Shown here: positions 18,195-26,145 of the stretch, in pieces
Layout of the letters: each line of letters begins with the position of its first letter
Numbering within the stretch: position 1 is the stretch's first letter
DNA from: Anaerolinea thermophila
GTDB taxonomy: Bacteria; Chloroflexota; Anaerolineae; Anaerolineales; Villigracilaceae
DNA: 32,944 nucleotides
Direction: 5' to 3'
NCBI GenBank assembly: GCA_022729775.1
Contig: DZBA01000001.1
Location: 1-32,944, forward strand
Program-made: the position numbers and the translations under genes
Notes under the pieces: generated by a model
Databases searched by the model: none
Told to the model about the DNA's origin: nothing
The model's input: only the letters and a program-made list of their open reading frames with translations

Positions 18195-19604
18195 ATGTGG
18201 CGATTAAACATCAACGAACCAGAACGCGACGTTTACTGGGTTGATATTCACCCCGGCGCAACGTCCATTGGGCGCAGTTCAACGAATACCATCGCGCTTG
18301 TAGACTCGTCCGCCTCGCGCCATCACGCGGAAATATTATTCGACAACGCGCGCGATGTTATCACCATCCACGATTTGAACAGCACCAACGGAACGTATGT
18401 CAACCGCAGGCGGATTTCTTCCGTAGTTGAACTGCACAATAATGACAATATCCGCATTGGGAATGTTATCTTCTACCTGACAAATGAAAGCGATACAGCC
18501 CGCAATCAGGTGACGGGGACGCATTTTTTCACGCGCGAAATCATCCTCGAAGCGCTGGATGAACACGCCGTTGTTTTGGATGATGTTGCCCAAAAATTAA
18601 ATACCCTGATGAACGTTGCCAGCCTGCAAAGGGAAAGCGCCGCGCAGTTGAAGCGCATCCTGATGTTGGATGAGGTGAAAATTGTATTGGCGCCCGAGTT
18701 TCAAAGCTTGCAAGATGCCCGCGCGTTGATGTCCATCAAAAAACGCACGGTGGAAGTCACAGCAACGCAGATGTGTATTCCCATCGTAGAAGCAGACCAA
18801 GTTCAAGGCGTGATTTGTCTGGCGCGCGAGGCAGGCTCGCAATTCTCCCGCCGTGATATGGAACTGGCGATTGCCATCAGCCATCAAACCGCGCTGACCT
18901 TGAACCGCCTGCGCCTGCTGGAAAAAAGCCGCGAACAGGAACGCGCGCGCGAACTGCTCCTGCGCTTCGTTTCTCCGCTGGAAGTAGATTACCTGCTCAA
19001 GGATTATCTCAAAAGCGGAAAACTCCCGGAACTCGTCGAACAAAAAGCGACCATTCTATTTGCGGACATTGCGGACTCCACCGCAATTGCCGAGCGCATT
19101 GGACCCAAGCGCTTTGCCGATTTTCTCACGCGCTATTATCAAGACGTGACCGAAATCATCTTTCGCTATGGAGGAGTGATCAAATACATCGGCGACGGCA
19201 TCATGGCGTCGTTCGTCTCCACATCCACTCAAACCGTCATCCCGCAGGAAATCCGCGCGGTGCAGGCGGGCTGGCAAATTCTCAACCGCCTGAGACGAAA
19301 TGAATTCTCTTACGATGGCGAGAAATTCGTCGTCGGGATCGCGGTCAATACAGGACCCGCCATGGTTGGGTATATTGGCGTCGGCGCGCGGGCAGAGTTC
19401 AACGTGCTGGGCGATACGGTCAACACCGCCAGCCGGATGCAGGGATATGCGCGTCCCAATCGCCTTGTCGTGGGTACGCTGACCATGCATGTTGTTGCGG
19501 ATAAATTTACAGTTCATCCCATTGGCGAAATTGACGTGCGCGGACGCAGCGCGCCTGTCCAAATCTATGAAATTGCCGGGGATCGTCGCGCTGGGACGCC
19601 TTGA
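18195..19604 (+). CDS. FHA + degenerate GAF + class III adenylate cyclase
   Basis: FHA motifs IGR, ASRHHA, DLNSTNGTYVN; cyclase motifs LFADIADST, KYIGDG, GDTVNTASR; GGAG RBS. Confidence 0.9.
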   Translation: MWRLNINEPERDVYWVDIHPGATSIGRSSTNTIALVDSSASRHHAEILFDNARDVITIHDLNSTNGTYVNRRRISSVVELHNNDNIRIGNVIFYLTNESDTARNQVTGTHFFTREIILEALDEHAVVLDDVAQKLNTLMNVASLQRESAAQLKRILMLDEVKIVLAPEFQSLQDARALMSIKKRTVEVTATQMCIPIVEADQVQGVICLAREAGSQFSRRDMELAIAISHQTALTLNRLRLLEKSREQERARELLLRFVSPLEVDYLLKDYLKSGKLPELVEQKATILFADIADSTAIAERIGPKRFADFLTRYYQDVTEIIFRYGGVIKYIGDGIMASFVSTSTQTVIPQEIRAVQAGWQILNRLRRNEFSYDGEKFVVGIAVNTGPAMVGYIGVGARAEFNVLGDTVNTASRMQGYARPNRLVVGTLTMHVVADKFTVHPIGEIDVRGRSAPVQIYEIAGDRRAGTP

Positions 19605-19631
19605 TTCCCAAATCAACATCTTTGACGACAC

Positions 19632-19664
19632 AAATCGCGCGCCATTCGGCGCGCGATTTTCTTT
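19632..19664 (+). terminator. Intrinsic terminator
   Basis: AAATCGCGCGCC-ATTC-GGCGCGCGATTT followed by a T-rich tail. Confidence 0.75.
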
Positions 19665-19666
19665 GC

Positions 19667-19719
19667 TTGACAATCCTTCGCGCTGGAATACAATTAATGC
19701 AATCATACAATGATACATT
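19667..19719 (+). promoter_or_regulatory. Sigma70 promoter with probable GntR/YtrA autoregulatory operator
   Basis: TTGACA (19667-72), 16-nt spacer, TACAAT (19689-94); imperfect palindrome AATGCAATCATACAATGATACATT at 19696-19719. Confidence 0.7.
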
Positions 19720-19734
19720 TACGAGGAAAACATT

Positions 19735-20124
19735 ATGAAGGCAAAAGCGACCATTCATCTTGACTTTCGTTCAGGGTTACCAATTTACATCCAACTCATC
19801 AATCAGGTTGAGAATCAAATCGCTGCTGGAGCATTGAAAGTCGGCGACCAACTTCCGACCATCCGCGCGATGGCAGATGAGATTGGCGTGAACTTCAATA
19901 CGGTAGCCCGCGCATACCGCGTTATGGATAAAAGCCGCATTATATCCACACAGCAAGGGCGCGGCACATACATCACAGAAATTCCATCATCCAAGACCAA
20001 AGCGCGGATAAGGCACGAAACATTGAACGCGCTGGCAAAGCGATTTGTTACCGAAGCCTTCCACCTTGGCTTCTCAAAACAAGAAGTCGCGCTTGCGGTC
20101 AAAGACAAATTGAAGTGGACATAA
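19735..20124 (+). CDS. GntR family regulator, YtrA subfamily
   Basis: PIYIQL, GDQLPTIR, VNFNTVARAY, GRGTY; short helical C-terminus, 129 aa. Confidence 0.9.
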   Translation: MKAKATIHLDFRSGLPIYIQLINQVENQIAAGALKVGDQLPTIRAMADEIGVNFNTVARAYRVMDKSRIISTQQGRGTYITEIPSSKTKARIRHETLNALAKRFVTEAFHLGFSKQEVALAVKDKLKWT

Positions 20125-20178
20125 TGCCGCGCATCCTATCCTGCGCGAGCCTCGTATATGGAGTGCGTGATTTGCAAT

Positions 20179-20194
20179 TGTTTCACGTGAAACA
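20179..20194. promoter_or_regulatory. parS site (ParB/Spo0J binding)
   Basis: Perfect TGTTTCACGTGAAACA palindrome. Confidence 0.85.
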
Positions 20195-20205
20195 TAGGAG
20201 AAAGA

Positions 20206-20865
20206 ATGACAACCAAATTAACAATCATCATCACACTGGTTTTAATCGCGGCTTCGCTTTGCGCTGGCTGGCTGTTATGGGATAGGCTGCCGGAGCAGGT
20301 CGCGTCCCATTGGAATATCAACGACGAAGTGGACGGTTACATGCCGAAAGTCTGGGGCGTGCTGCTCCTGCCGTTGATCTCGGCGGGAATGCTCACGCTG
20401 TTCCTGTTCCTGCCTGCAATGGATCCGCTGCGGACCAACGTTGCCCAGTTCCGCGAAGCGTTCAACCTGTTTATCGTATTCATTACAATCTTTATGCTCT
20501 ACATTCACGGCTTGACCCTCGCGTGGAGTCTTGGGTATTTATTCAAGATGAGTTCCGCGCTGCTGCCAATGATGGGATTGCTGTTCATCATTGTCGGCTG
20601 GATGTTGAAGCAGGCAAAGCGTAACTTCTTCATCGGCATCCGCACGCCATGGACTCTTTCCAGCGACAGCGTGTGGGACAAAACCCATCGCGTCGGCGCG
20701 GTCTTATTCATGGCATCTGGCGCGCTTACCATCATCGGCGGATTCTTTGGCGGCATCACCGCGTTTTGGATGATGTTCGCGCCGCTGATTGGCTCGACAA
20801 TTTTCCTGCTGTTCTATTCTTATTTCTTGTATCGTCAGGAAACAAAAGATAATTCGCGCGCATGA
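20206..20865 (+). CDS. SdpI/YhfL family membrane protein with N-terminal DUF1648
   Basis: LPEQVASHWNINDEVDGY, N..IGIRTPWTL, W.KTHR motifs; AGGAG RBS. Confidence 0.85.
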   Translation: MTTKLTIIITLVLIAASLCAGWLLWDRLPEQVASHWNINDEVDGYMPKVWGVLLLPLISAGMLTLFLFLPAMDPLRTNVAQFREAFNLFIVFITIFMLYIHGLTLAWSLGYLFKMSSALLPMMGLLFIIVGWMLKQAKRNFFIGIRTPWTLSSDSVWDKTHRVGAVLFMASGALTIIGGFFGGITAFWMMFAPLIGSTIFLLFYSYFLYRQETKDNSRA

Positions 20866-20866
20866 A

Positions 20867-20882
20867 TGTTTCACGTGAAACA
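20867..20882. promoter_or_regulatory. parS site (second copy)
   Basis: Perfect TGTTTCACGTGAAACA (18-bp palindrome with flanking A/T). Confidence 0.85.
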
Positions 20883-20898
20883 TCAACCGCTGCACGGC

Positions 20899-21144
20899 GC
20901 GAATATCCCAATGGGAGTGATTGTCGCCGCGCAGGTTGTCATGGCGTTCACGATTGCGCCAGTTATCAACATGTTATTCACACTTGGGGAGGAATTGGGC
21001 TGGCGCGGATACCTCCTTCCCAAACTCCTTCCGCTTGGACAGTGGAACGCCATTCTCGTCAGCGGTGTGGTGTGGGGGGGGTGGCACGCGTCTGCCATTG
21101 CGCAGGGGCATAACTATCCGGGCTATCCTGTTCTCGGCATATTT
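20899..21144 (+). pseudogene. Internal fragment of a CPBP (CAAX/Abi) intramembrane metalloprotease
   Basis: GEELGWRGYLLP and WGGWH present; N-terminal TM region and C-terminal H...N motif absent; frame runs into repeat DNA. Confidence 0.75.
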
Positions 21145-21196
21145 AAATCAAGTTGCCACCTTGATATTTTTTTCTCAAAAAGGCATCTTTTTTTTC

Positions 21197-21314
21197 AACA
21201 CGAAGGTCACAACACTTGCGCCGCGCTGCCGCGAAGCGTGCAGTACAGGTGAGTACACAAAGAGAGAGAAACATCTTTTTTCATATCCTTCGTGACCGTC
21301 GTGTCCTTTGTGTT
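21197..21314. repeat. Nonamer-repeat palindrome interrupted by a 39-bp insert
   Basis: Arms AACACGAAGGTCACAA..AGTACACAAAG and CTTCGTGACCGTCGTGTCCTTTGTGTT; insert at 21213-21251. Confidence 0.7.
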
Positions 21315-21332
21315 AAGAATTTTTTGGTTCTC

Positions 21333-21468
21333 TGGGATTTGCCGTGATTTAGTACACGGACTACACGGATTTGACGGAATCGCGCGGATTTCTTCCAAAA
21401 AATCCGCGTTTTGTCCGTGTCATCCGTCACATCCGTGTCCAAATGGTTTTTAATCACGGCGATTCCCA
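21333..21468. mobile_element. MITE-like element with 17-bp TIRs enclosing a nonamer (CACGGAT-type) palindrome
   Basis: TGGGATTTGCCGTGATT / AATCACGGCGATTCCCA (15 of 17 match); no TSD evident. Confidence 0.6.
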
Positions 21469-21561
21469 ATGATCCAATTTTATCAAGCGGATTGGGATGG
21501 CTTTGTATGTTGCATGGCTAATGATGACAAAACGTTTGCTAGTATCGAACGAATAAAATTT

Positions 21562-21575
21562 AGAACAAATGTTCT
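21562..21575. promoter_or_regulatory. Putative LexA (SOS) box
   Basis: AGAAC-AAAT-GTTCT matches the GAAC-N4-GTTC box of Firmicutes/Actinobacteria/Chloroflexi; AT-rich intergenic context. Confidence 0.6.
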
Positions 21576-21587
21576 TTTTGTTTTCGC

Positions 21588-21624
21588 ACAAAAAATCCTG
21601 AAGTTTTGCTTCAGGATTTTTTGT
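21588..21624. terminator. Bidirectional-type terminator hairpin
   Basis: ACAAAAAATCCTGAAG-TTTTG-CTTCAGGATTTTTTGT just after the stop at 21634. Confidence 0.8.
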
Positions 21625-21633
21625 TACACACAC

Positions 21634-24021
21634 TCACTCAAAACTGGAAGGCGCCACGCCTGTTATGATTTCCTCTTCACTTTCGTCTATGTTTTCAACA
21701 GCGTCATCCTTAACAAGGAAAGCAGCCGCATGACTCTTTTGCGAGTCCATAATCAAATCAAGATGATGCCTTGCGCGATAATCACAGACTGCAATCAGTT
21801 TCAGCGCATTGACAACGCGCGGGTTTTCGATGGAAATAAATTCGCTCAACCTGTTTGGCGTATCGTAAAAAAATGAGCGCGTGAAGAGCGTATCTTCATC
21901 ATCGAGAAATACGCCCAGCGGATAAATATTTGCCTCCATCAAATCCTGAAAGAAATGCGTGCCAAAAGAAGGTTCGGGAGACGCGCCAATTTCCTCGCCT
22001 GCCAGTTCGACCAGCGCGCGCGCATTGTAGATATCGCTATACGCGACATGGACGCCCAGGTCCGGCGTGGAAGTTCCCCAGCGACCTGGTCCCACCGCGA
22101 TAAATACTTCATCTTTCAACGCGGCATTTAACTGTCCAATGGAGCGCTCCAACTGCGTTCTTTCAGCTTGCGATTGCAGGCTGAAATATCCTTCTGACGG
22201 CACAAAAAGGACATATTTTATTTTTTCCACCGCGCCCTGCGGAACCATCATCTGCGTCGAGAAAATTACATCTTTCTCATCCAAATCAGATGGGACTTCC
22301 AACCCCGCGCTGTCCTGAATGTGACTTTGCGGGCGGCACTGCAAAAGCGTGATTTGCACATTGGGGTGATCGTCAGGGTCAATCACCTCCAACGCGAACT
22401 CGGTATCCACCGGGGATTTGTAATAGGTCTCCAACAGTTTCAACACGGTGCGCATGGTAGAAGCAAAAGGCGTGCGCGCCAGCAATCCGTCAAATGTGAT
22501 TACCATTTTTTCAGGAGGCGCAAGACGCGAACGAATTGGCATCAGGTCGCCGTCTTCACATAACTGGGCAATATAACGCAGCGGGGGATAATCTGCATCG
22601 AGGATTTCATGCGCGGGAATGGTTCTAAACGAATTTGTCTCCAGGTCAATCGCGTCCACGTTTTGCTGTGAATAACGCTTGATGGTGCGCACGTCAGACG
22701 ACGAATGCAGGCGCGGATGACTCAGCGCGACAAGGCGCGGATAATCATCCCCAACCATATCCACCGCGCGCGTGCCAAGTCCAAACACAAGGCGCAGGAA
22801 GCCATCATCCTGTTTGATTTGCGGCGACCAACGATATAAATTGCGGCTAAACGCAACGCCGGCTGCGTGTGGAAAATAATAACGCCCTGTTCTTTCGCCT
22901 TCCACAAATTGAATCAAAATGCCAATACGCTCATCATAATCCGCAAGGTCTTTAAGGTGACGGTACATCAGCGCGTTTGGATGTAATACGCTCGCGTAAA
23001 TTGCGGAGATGGCGCGTGTCAACGCAGAAAACCTGTCATCGCGGTCGCCCTGATTGGGCAGGAAGATGCTGTCGTACTTTCCAGCAAACGAAGTGCCGAA
23101 GTTATCTTCCAACAAGCTCGAAGAGCGCACAATAAGCGGTCTATCGCCTGCTTCCTGCAAAACGCGCTCCAAACTCTCGGTAGTTTCTACTGGGAATTCG
23201 CCTTTCAAAAAATCAGCGCACAAGGTCGGATAATCTGCGCGCATCTCATCATCGGTCTTATATTTTTGTCCATTCCAGTGCATCAGCCCGTTAAAAGTCA
23301 GGAAGTTATAGAACACATCCGAGCCGAGATAAAAAGAAACGGGAAGTTTAAATCGCGCGGCAACTTCGGGCGGGGCGTTCTCCTGAATGATTCGCATGGC
23401 AAGCAGCATTCCCGCCGCCTTGCCGCCGACTTTTCCGTTGCCAATTTTGCGCGCGCGGATTTCCTTCAAATCCTCGACGGTGAACCACTTGCGCGCAATT
23501 TTGATATATTTCAGTTGGTCGCTGATCATCGTGCGAATCAAGACGACCTTCAACTCTTTCAAGCGCGCCTCATATTTTTTGCGCTCATCAGGCGGCATGG
23601 CTTCGATCATCTCTGCCTGCTCGAACAACATTTCCTGGGGCGCAAGTTCCGGGTTGAACCAAACAAATTCCGAATCAGGGCTGCCGCGCTCCGTCAAAGT
23701 CTGCTTGACGATGGTTTCAAATTCTTCATACGGCAAATTATGCGCAAAGTAAAAATCAGTCAATGAGTCGCGGATGCGAAGAAAACGCGTTTCCCAAATA
23801 TCCGCTGGTTCTTCTTCCATCGGGTTATGCAACCCTTCCCGAACCTGCGACTCAACCGCCTTCTTTTGTATCTCTTTGTAAAGATTGTCCCTGGTGATGA
23901 TTCCGCGCACATATAATTCACGTCGCATTCGCGAGCGGATGCTGGTGTTCAAAATGGGATATTGATTGAGCGCGAGAAAAATCCGCAAGACATTATCTAC
24001 CGATATTTTGGGAGTTGACAT
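21634..24021 (-). CDS. PEP/pyruvate-binding domain (PPDK_N, ATP-grasp) protein
   Basis: GKVGGKA, VRSSSLLED...FAGKY, GLGTRAV, DTEFA, LLQCRP; C-terminal GPGRWG and SFGTHFF; AGGAG RBS before ATG 24021. Confidence 0.85.
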   Translation of the reverse strand: MSTPKISVDNVLRIFLALNQYPILNTSIRSRMRRELYVRGIITRDNLYKEIQKKAVESQVREGLHNPMEEEPADIWETRFLRIRDSLTDFYFAHNLPYEEFETIVKQTLTERGSPDSEFVWFNPELAPQEMLFEQAEMIEAMPPDERKKYEARLKELKVVLIRTMISDQLKYIKIARKWFTVEDLKEIRARKIGNGKVGGKAAGMLLAMRIIQENAPPEVAARFKLPVSFYLGSDVFYNFLTFNGLMHWNGQKYKTDDEMRADYPTLCADFLKGEFPVETTESLERVLQEAGDRPLIVRSSSLLEDNFGTSFAGKYDSIFLPNQGDRDDRFSALTRAISAIYASVLHPNALMYRHLKDLADYDERIGILIQFVEGERTGRYYFPHAAGVAFSRNLYRWSPQIKQDDGFLRLVFGLGTRAVDMVGDDYPRLVALSHPRLHSSSDVRTIKRYSQQNVDAIDLETNSFRTIPAHEILDADYPPLRYIAQLCEDGDLMPIRSRLAPPEKMVITFDGLLARTPFASTMRTVLKLLETYYKSPVDTEFALEVIDPDDHPNVQITLLQCRPQSHIQDSAGLEVPSDLDEKDVIFSTQMMVPQGAVEKIKYVLFVPSEGYFSLQSQAERTQLERSIGQLNAALKDEVFIAVGPGRWGTSTPDLGVHVAYSDIYNARALVELAGEEIGASPEPSFGTHFFQDLMEANIYPLGVFLDDEDTLFTRSFFYDTPNRLSEFISIENPRVVNALKLIAVCDYRARHHLDLIMDSQKSHAAAFLVKDDAVENIDESEEEIITGVAPSSFE

Positions 24022-24192
24022 GTTTCTCCTGTATAAAAATTCCTTCGGATTTATCAATCCAAAGGAGAAAACCTGCGACGCCGAATTGAATGAATTTTAC
24101 TTCACTTGTGCTGAAACAAAAAATACATCTTCTGCCTGAGAGCGCGCAAACCATGTCGGGCGCGGAAAAAATATTCAATTACAATACAGCCT

Positions 24193-25050
24193 ATGAGCCT
24201 CAAATCCTCCCTTCGTTCCGCTATCTACCAAATCGAAAAAATCAGCCAGCGCGCGCGCTTTGCTGCCGTGCCCTCACCGCAAAACGGCTACCCTGCGCTG
24301 CTGGGAATTTCCTTTCCCAAGAGCGGCACGCACCTGCTCGACCAAATCCTGCTTGGCTTCTCGAAGGTCGCGCCCTTCTCCACGCGCCTGCACTCCTTCT
24401 ACGCGGAATACGAAGGCGAAAGCGGAATCAAACGCGCGCCCGAACAAGCCCGCGCGTGGATGGATTCACTGCGCGCGCGCGACATCGCCTCGGCGCATTT
24501 GTTTGCGCGCCCCGAAATTGTCAGCCGCGCCTGTTCGCGCGATTTTATTCCCTACTTCATTTTTCGCGATCCGCGCGATGTCGTCGTCTCCCACGTTTTT
24601 TATGTGACCGATATGGAAGCGCGCCACGTTCACCACGAATATTATCAATCCCTGCCCGATTTTGACGCGCGCTTGAAGGTCAGCATTCTTGGCAGACCCG
24701 ACGCGGGCATCGAATTTCCCAACATCGCTGAGCGCTTCGCGCCATATCTCGGCTGGCTGAATCATCCCGAAGTGTTATCGCTTCACTTTGAAGATTTGAT
24801 TCAAGACCGCGCCGCAACGCTGGCGCGCATTATGGATCATTTCCTCACGCGCGTTCCGCTTTCCATGCCCAGAGAAAAAATCCACGACGCGCTGGAGACC
24901 TCAATCAACCCGAAAAAATCTCCCACCTTCCGCTCTGGTAAAACAGGTGAGTGGAAAAAACATTTTACTGAAGAGCATAAGAAAATTTTCAAAGAAGCAG
25001 CGGGAGATTTGTTAATCAAGTTGGGATATGAGAAGGATGGGGATTGGTAG
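24193..25050 (+). CDS. Sulfotransferase domain protein
   Basis: 5'-PSB FPKSGT, 3'-PB RDPRDVVVS, FEDL, FRSGKTGEWK; TACAAT 7 nt upstream of ATG. Confidence 0.9.
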   Translation: MSLKSSLRSAIYQIEKISQRARFAAVPSPQNGYPALLGISFPKSGTHLLDQILLGFSKVAPFSTRLHSFYAEYEGESGIKRAPEQARAWMDSLRARDIASAHLFARPEIVSRACSRDFIPYFIFRDPRDVVVSHVFYVTDMEARHVHHEYYQSLPDFDARLKVSILGRPDAGIEFPNIAERFAPYLGWLNHPEVLSLHFEDLIQDRAATLARIMDHFLTRVPLSMPREKIHDALETSINPKKSPTFRSGKTGEWKKHFTEEHKKIFKEAAGDLLIKLGYEKDGDW

Positions 25051-25061
25051 ATTGGGGATTG

Positions 25062-25123
25062 TTAAATAAGTAGACAAGTAGACACGTAGACATGTATACT
25101 TGTTTACGTGTCTACTTATCTAC
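25062..25123. repeat. Octamer-repeat palindrome
   Basis: AAGTAGAC AAGTAGAC ACGTAGAC ATGTATAC TTGTTTAC GTGTCTAC TTATCTAC. Confidence 0.85.
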
Positions 25124-26058
25124 GCCCTTGTTCCATCGTCATCCGCGCATACAACGAGGATAAACACATCGGGCGCTTGCTGCAAGGGGTTGAAAGGCAA
25201 ACCGTCAAAGATGTGGAAATCATTTTGGTTGATTCAGGCTCAACGGATTCGACCGTATCCATCGCCGAATCTTTTGGCGCAAAAATCGTCCATATCCAGC
25301 CGCGCGAGTTCACCTTTGGACGTTCACTTAATATGGGCGTTCAAGCCGCGACGCATGAGTTGATCGTCATCGCCAGCGCGCATGTATATCCTGTTTATCC
25401 CGATTGGCTCGAAACCTTGCTGCGCCCGTTTGAAGACGCAAGCATTGCATTGACCTACGGCAAACAGCGCGGACCTGATTTTGCGAAATTTTCCGAGCAG
25501 CAGATTTTTCATCAATGGTATCCCGATGAAAGCGCGTTGAAACAATCCACCGCGTTTTGCAACAATGCGAACTCGGCGATTCGAAAAAGTTTGTGGGAGA
25601 AAAATCACTACGACGAAGAGATCACAGGGCTGGAAGATTTGGCGTGGGCGAAGTGGGCGAAGGAGTCAGGCTATGATATTGCCTACGTCGCCGAGGCGGA
25701 GATTATCCACGTCCACAACGAAACACCGCGCGGAGTCTTCAATCGTTACAAGCGCGAAGCCATGGCGTTCAAAAAAATCCACCCTGAGTCACATTTCAAT
25801 TTATATGACTTTGCGCGCCTGACTGCCACTAATATTTTAAGCGACCTGTGGCACGCCGCGCGTGAAGGTGTGTTGATAAAAAACATCCCTTCTATTTTCT
25901 GGTTTCGCTTTATGCAATTCAATGGCACGCACATGGGCTACCGCGAGTCAAGCATGGTCACACCGCAACTGCGCGAGACGTTTTATTATGCGCGGGGGAT
26001 AAAAAAGCAGGGTGAAAGAAAAAGGGACGTGGAGCCGATTCGATATAATAAGCATTAA
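25108..26058 (+). CDS. Glycosyltransferase family 2 (rhamnosyltransferase-like)
   Basis: SIVIRAYNE, VDSGSTD, FTFGRSLN.G, G.Q, LED..WA, H.H. Confidence 0.9.
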   Translation: MSTYLRPCSIVIRAYNEDKHIGRLLQGVERQTVKDVEIILVDSGSTDSTVSIAESFGAKIVHIQPREFTFGRSLNMGVQAATHELIVIASAHVYPVYPDWLETLLRPFEDASIALTYGKQRGPDFAKFSEQQIFHQWYPDESALKQSTAFCNNANSAIRKSLWEKNHYDEEITGLEDLAWAKWAKESGYDIAYVAEAEIIHVHNETPRGVFNRYKREAMAFKKIHPESHFNLYDFARLTATNILSDLWHAAREGVLIKNIPSIFWFRFMQFNGTHMGYRESSMVTPQLRETFYYARGIKKQGERKRDVEPIRYNKH

Positions 26059-26084
26059 GAATCGCAAAAACACCTTTATCAGGG

Positions 26085-26113
26085 TTGTCAAGTTCTTAAT
26101 TCACTTGTATAAT
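26085..26113 (+). promoter_or_regulatory. Sigma70 promoter of rpsA
   Basis: TTGTCA, 17-nt spacer, TATAAT; GGAG RBS at 26136. Confidence 0.75.
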
Positions 26114-26145
26114 TCCGTTCACATTTCAGTTAATTGGAGCCGTGA

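Noticed and set aside
20866-21252. 128-aa ORF as an intact gene
   Set aside because: Start comes from the parS palindrome and the tail from repeat DNA; only the middle is CPBP-like
21469-21876. 135-aa plus-strand ORF
   Set aside because: Crosses a terminator, overlaps the PPDK-like gene antisense, no RBS or motif
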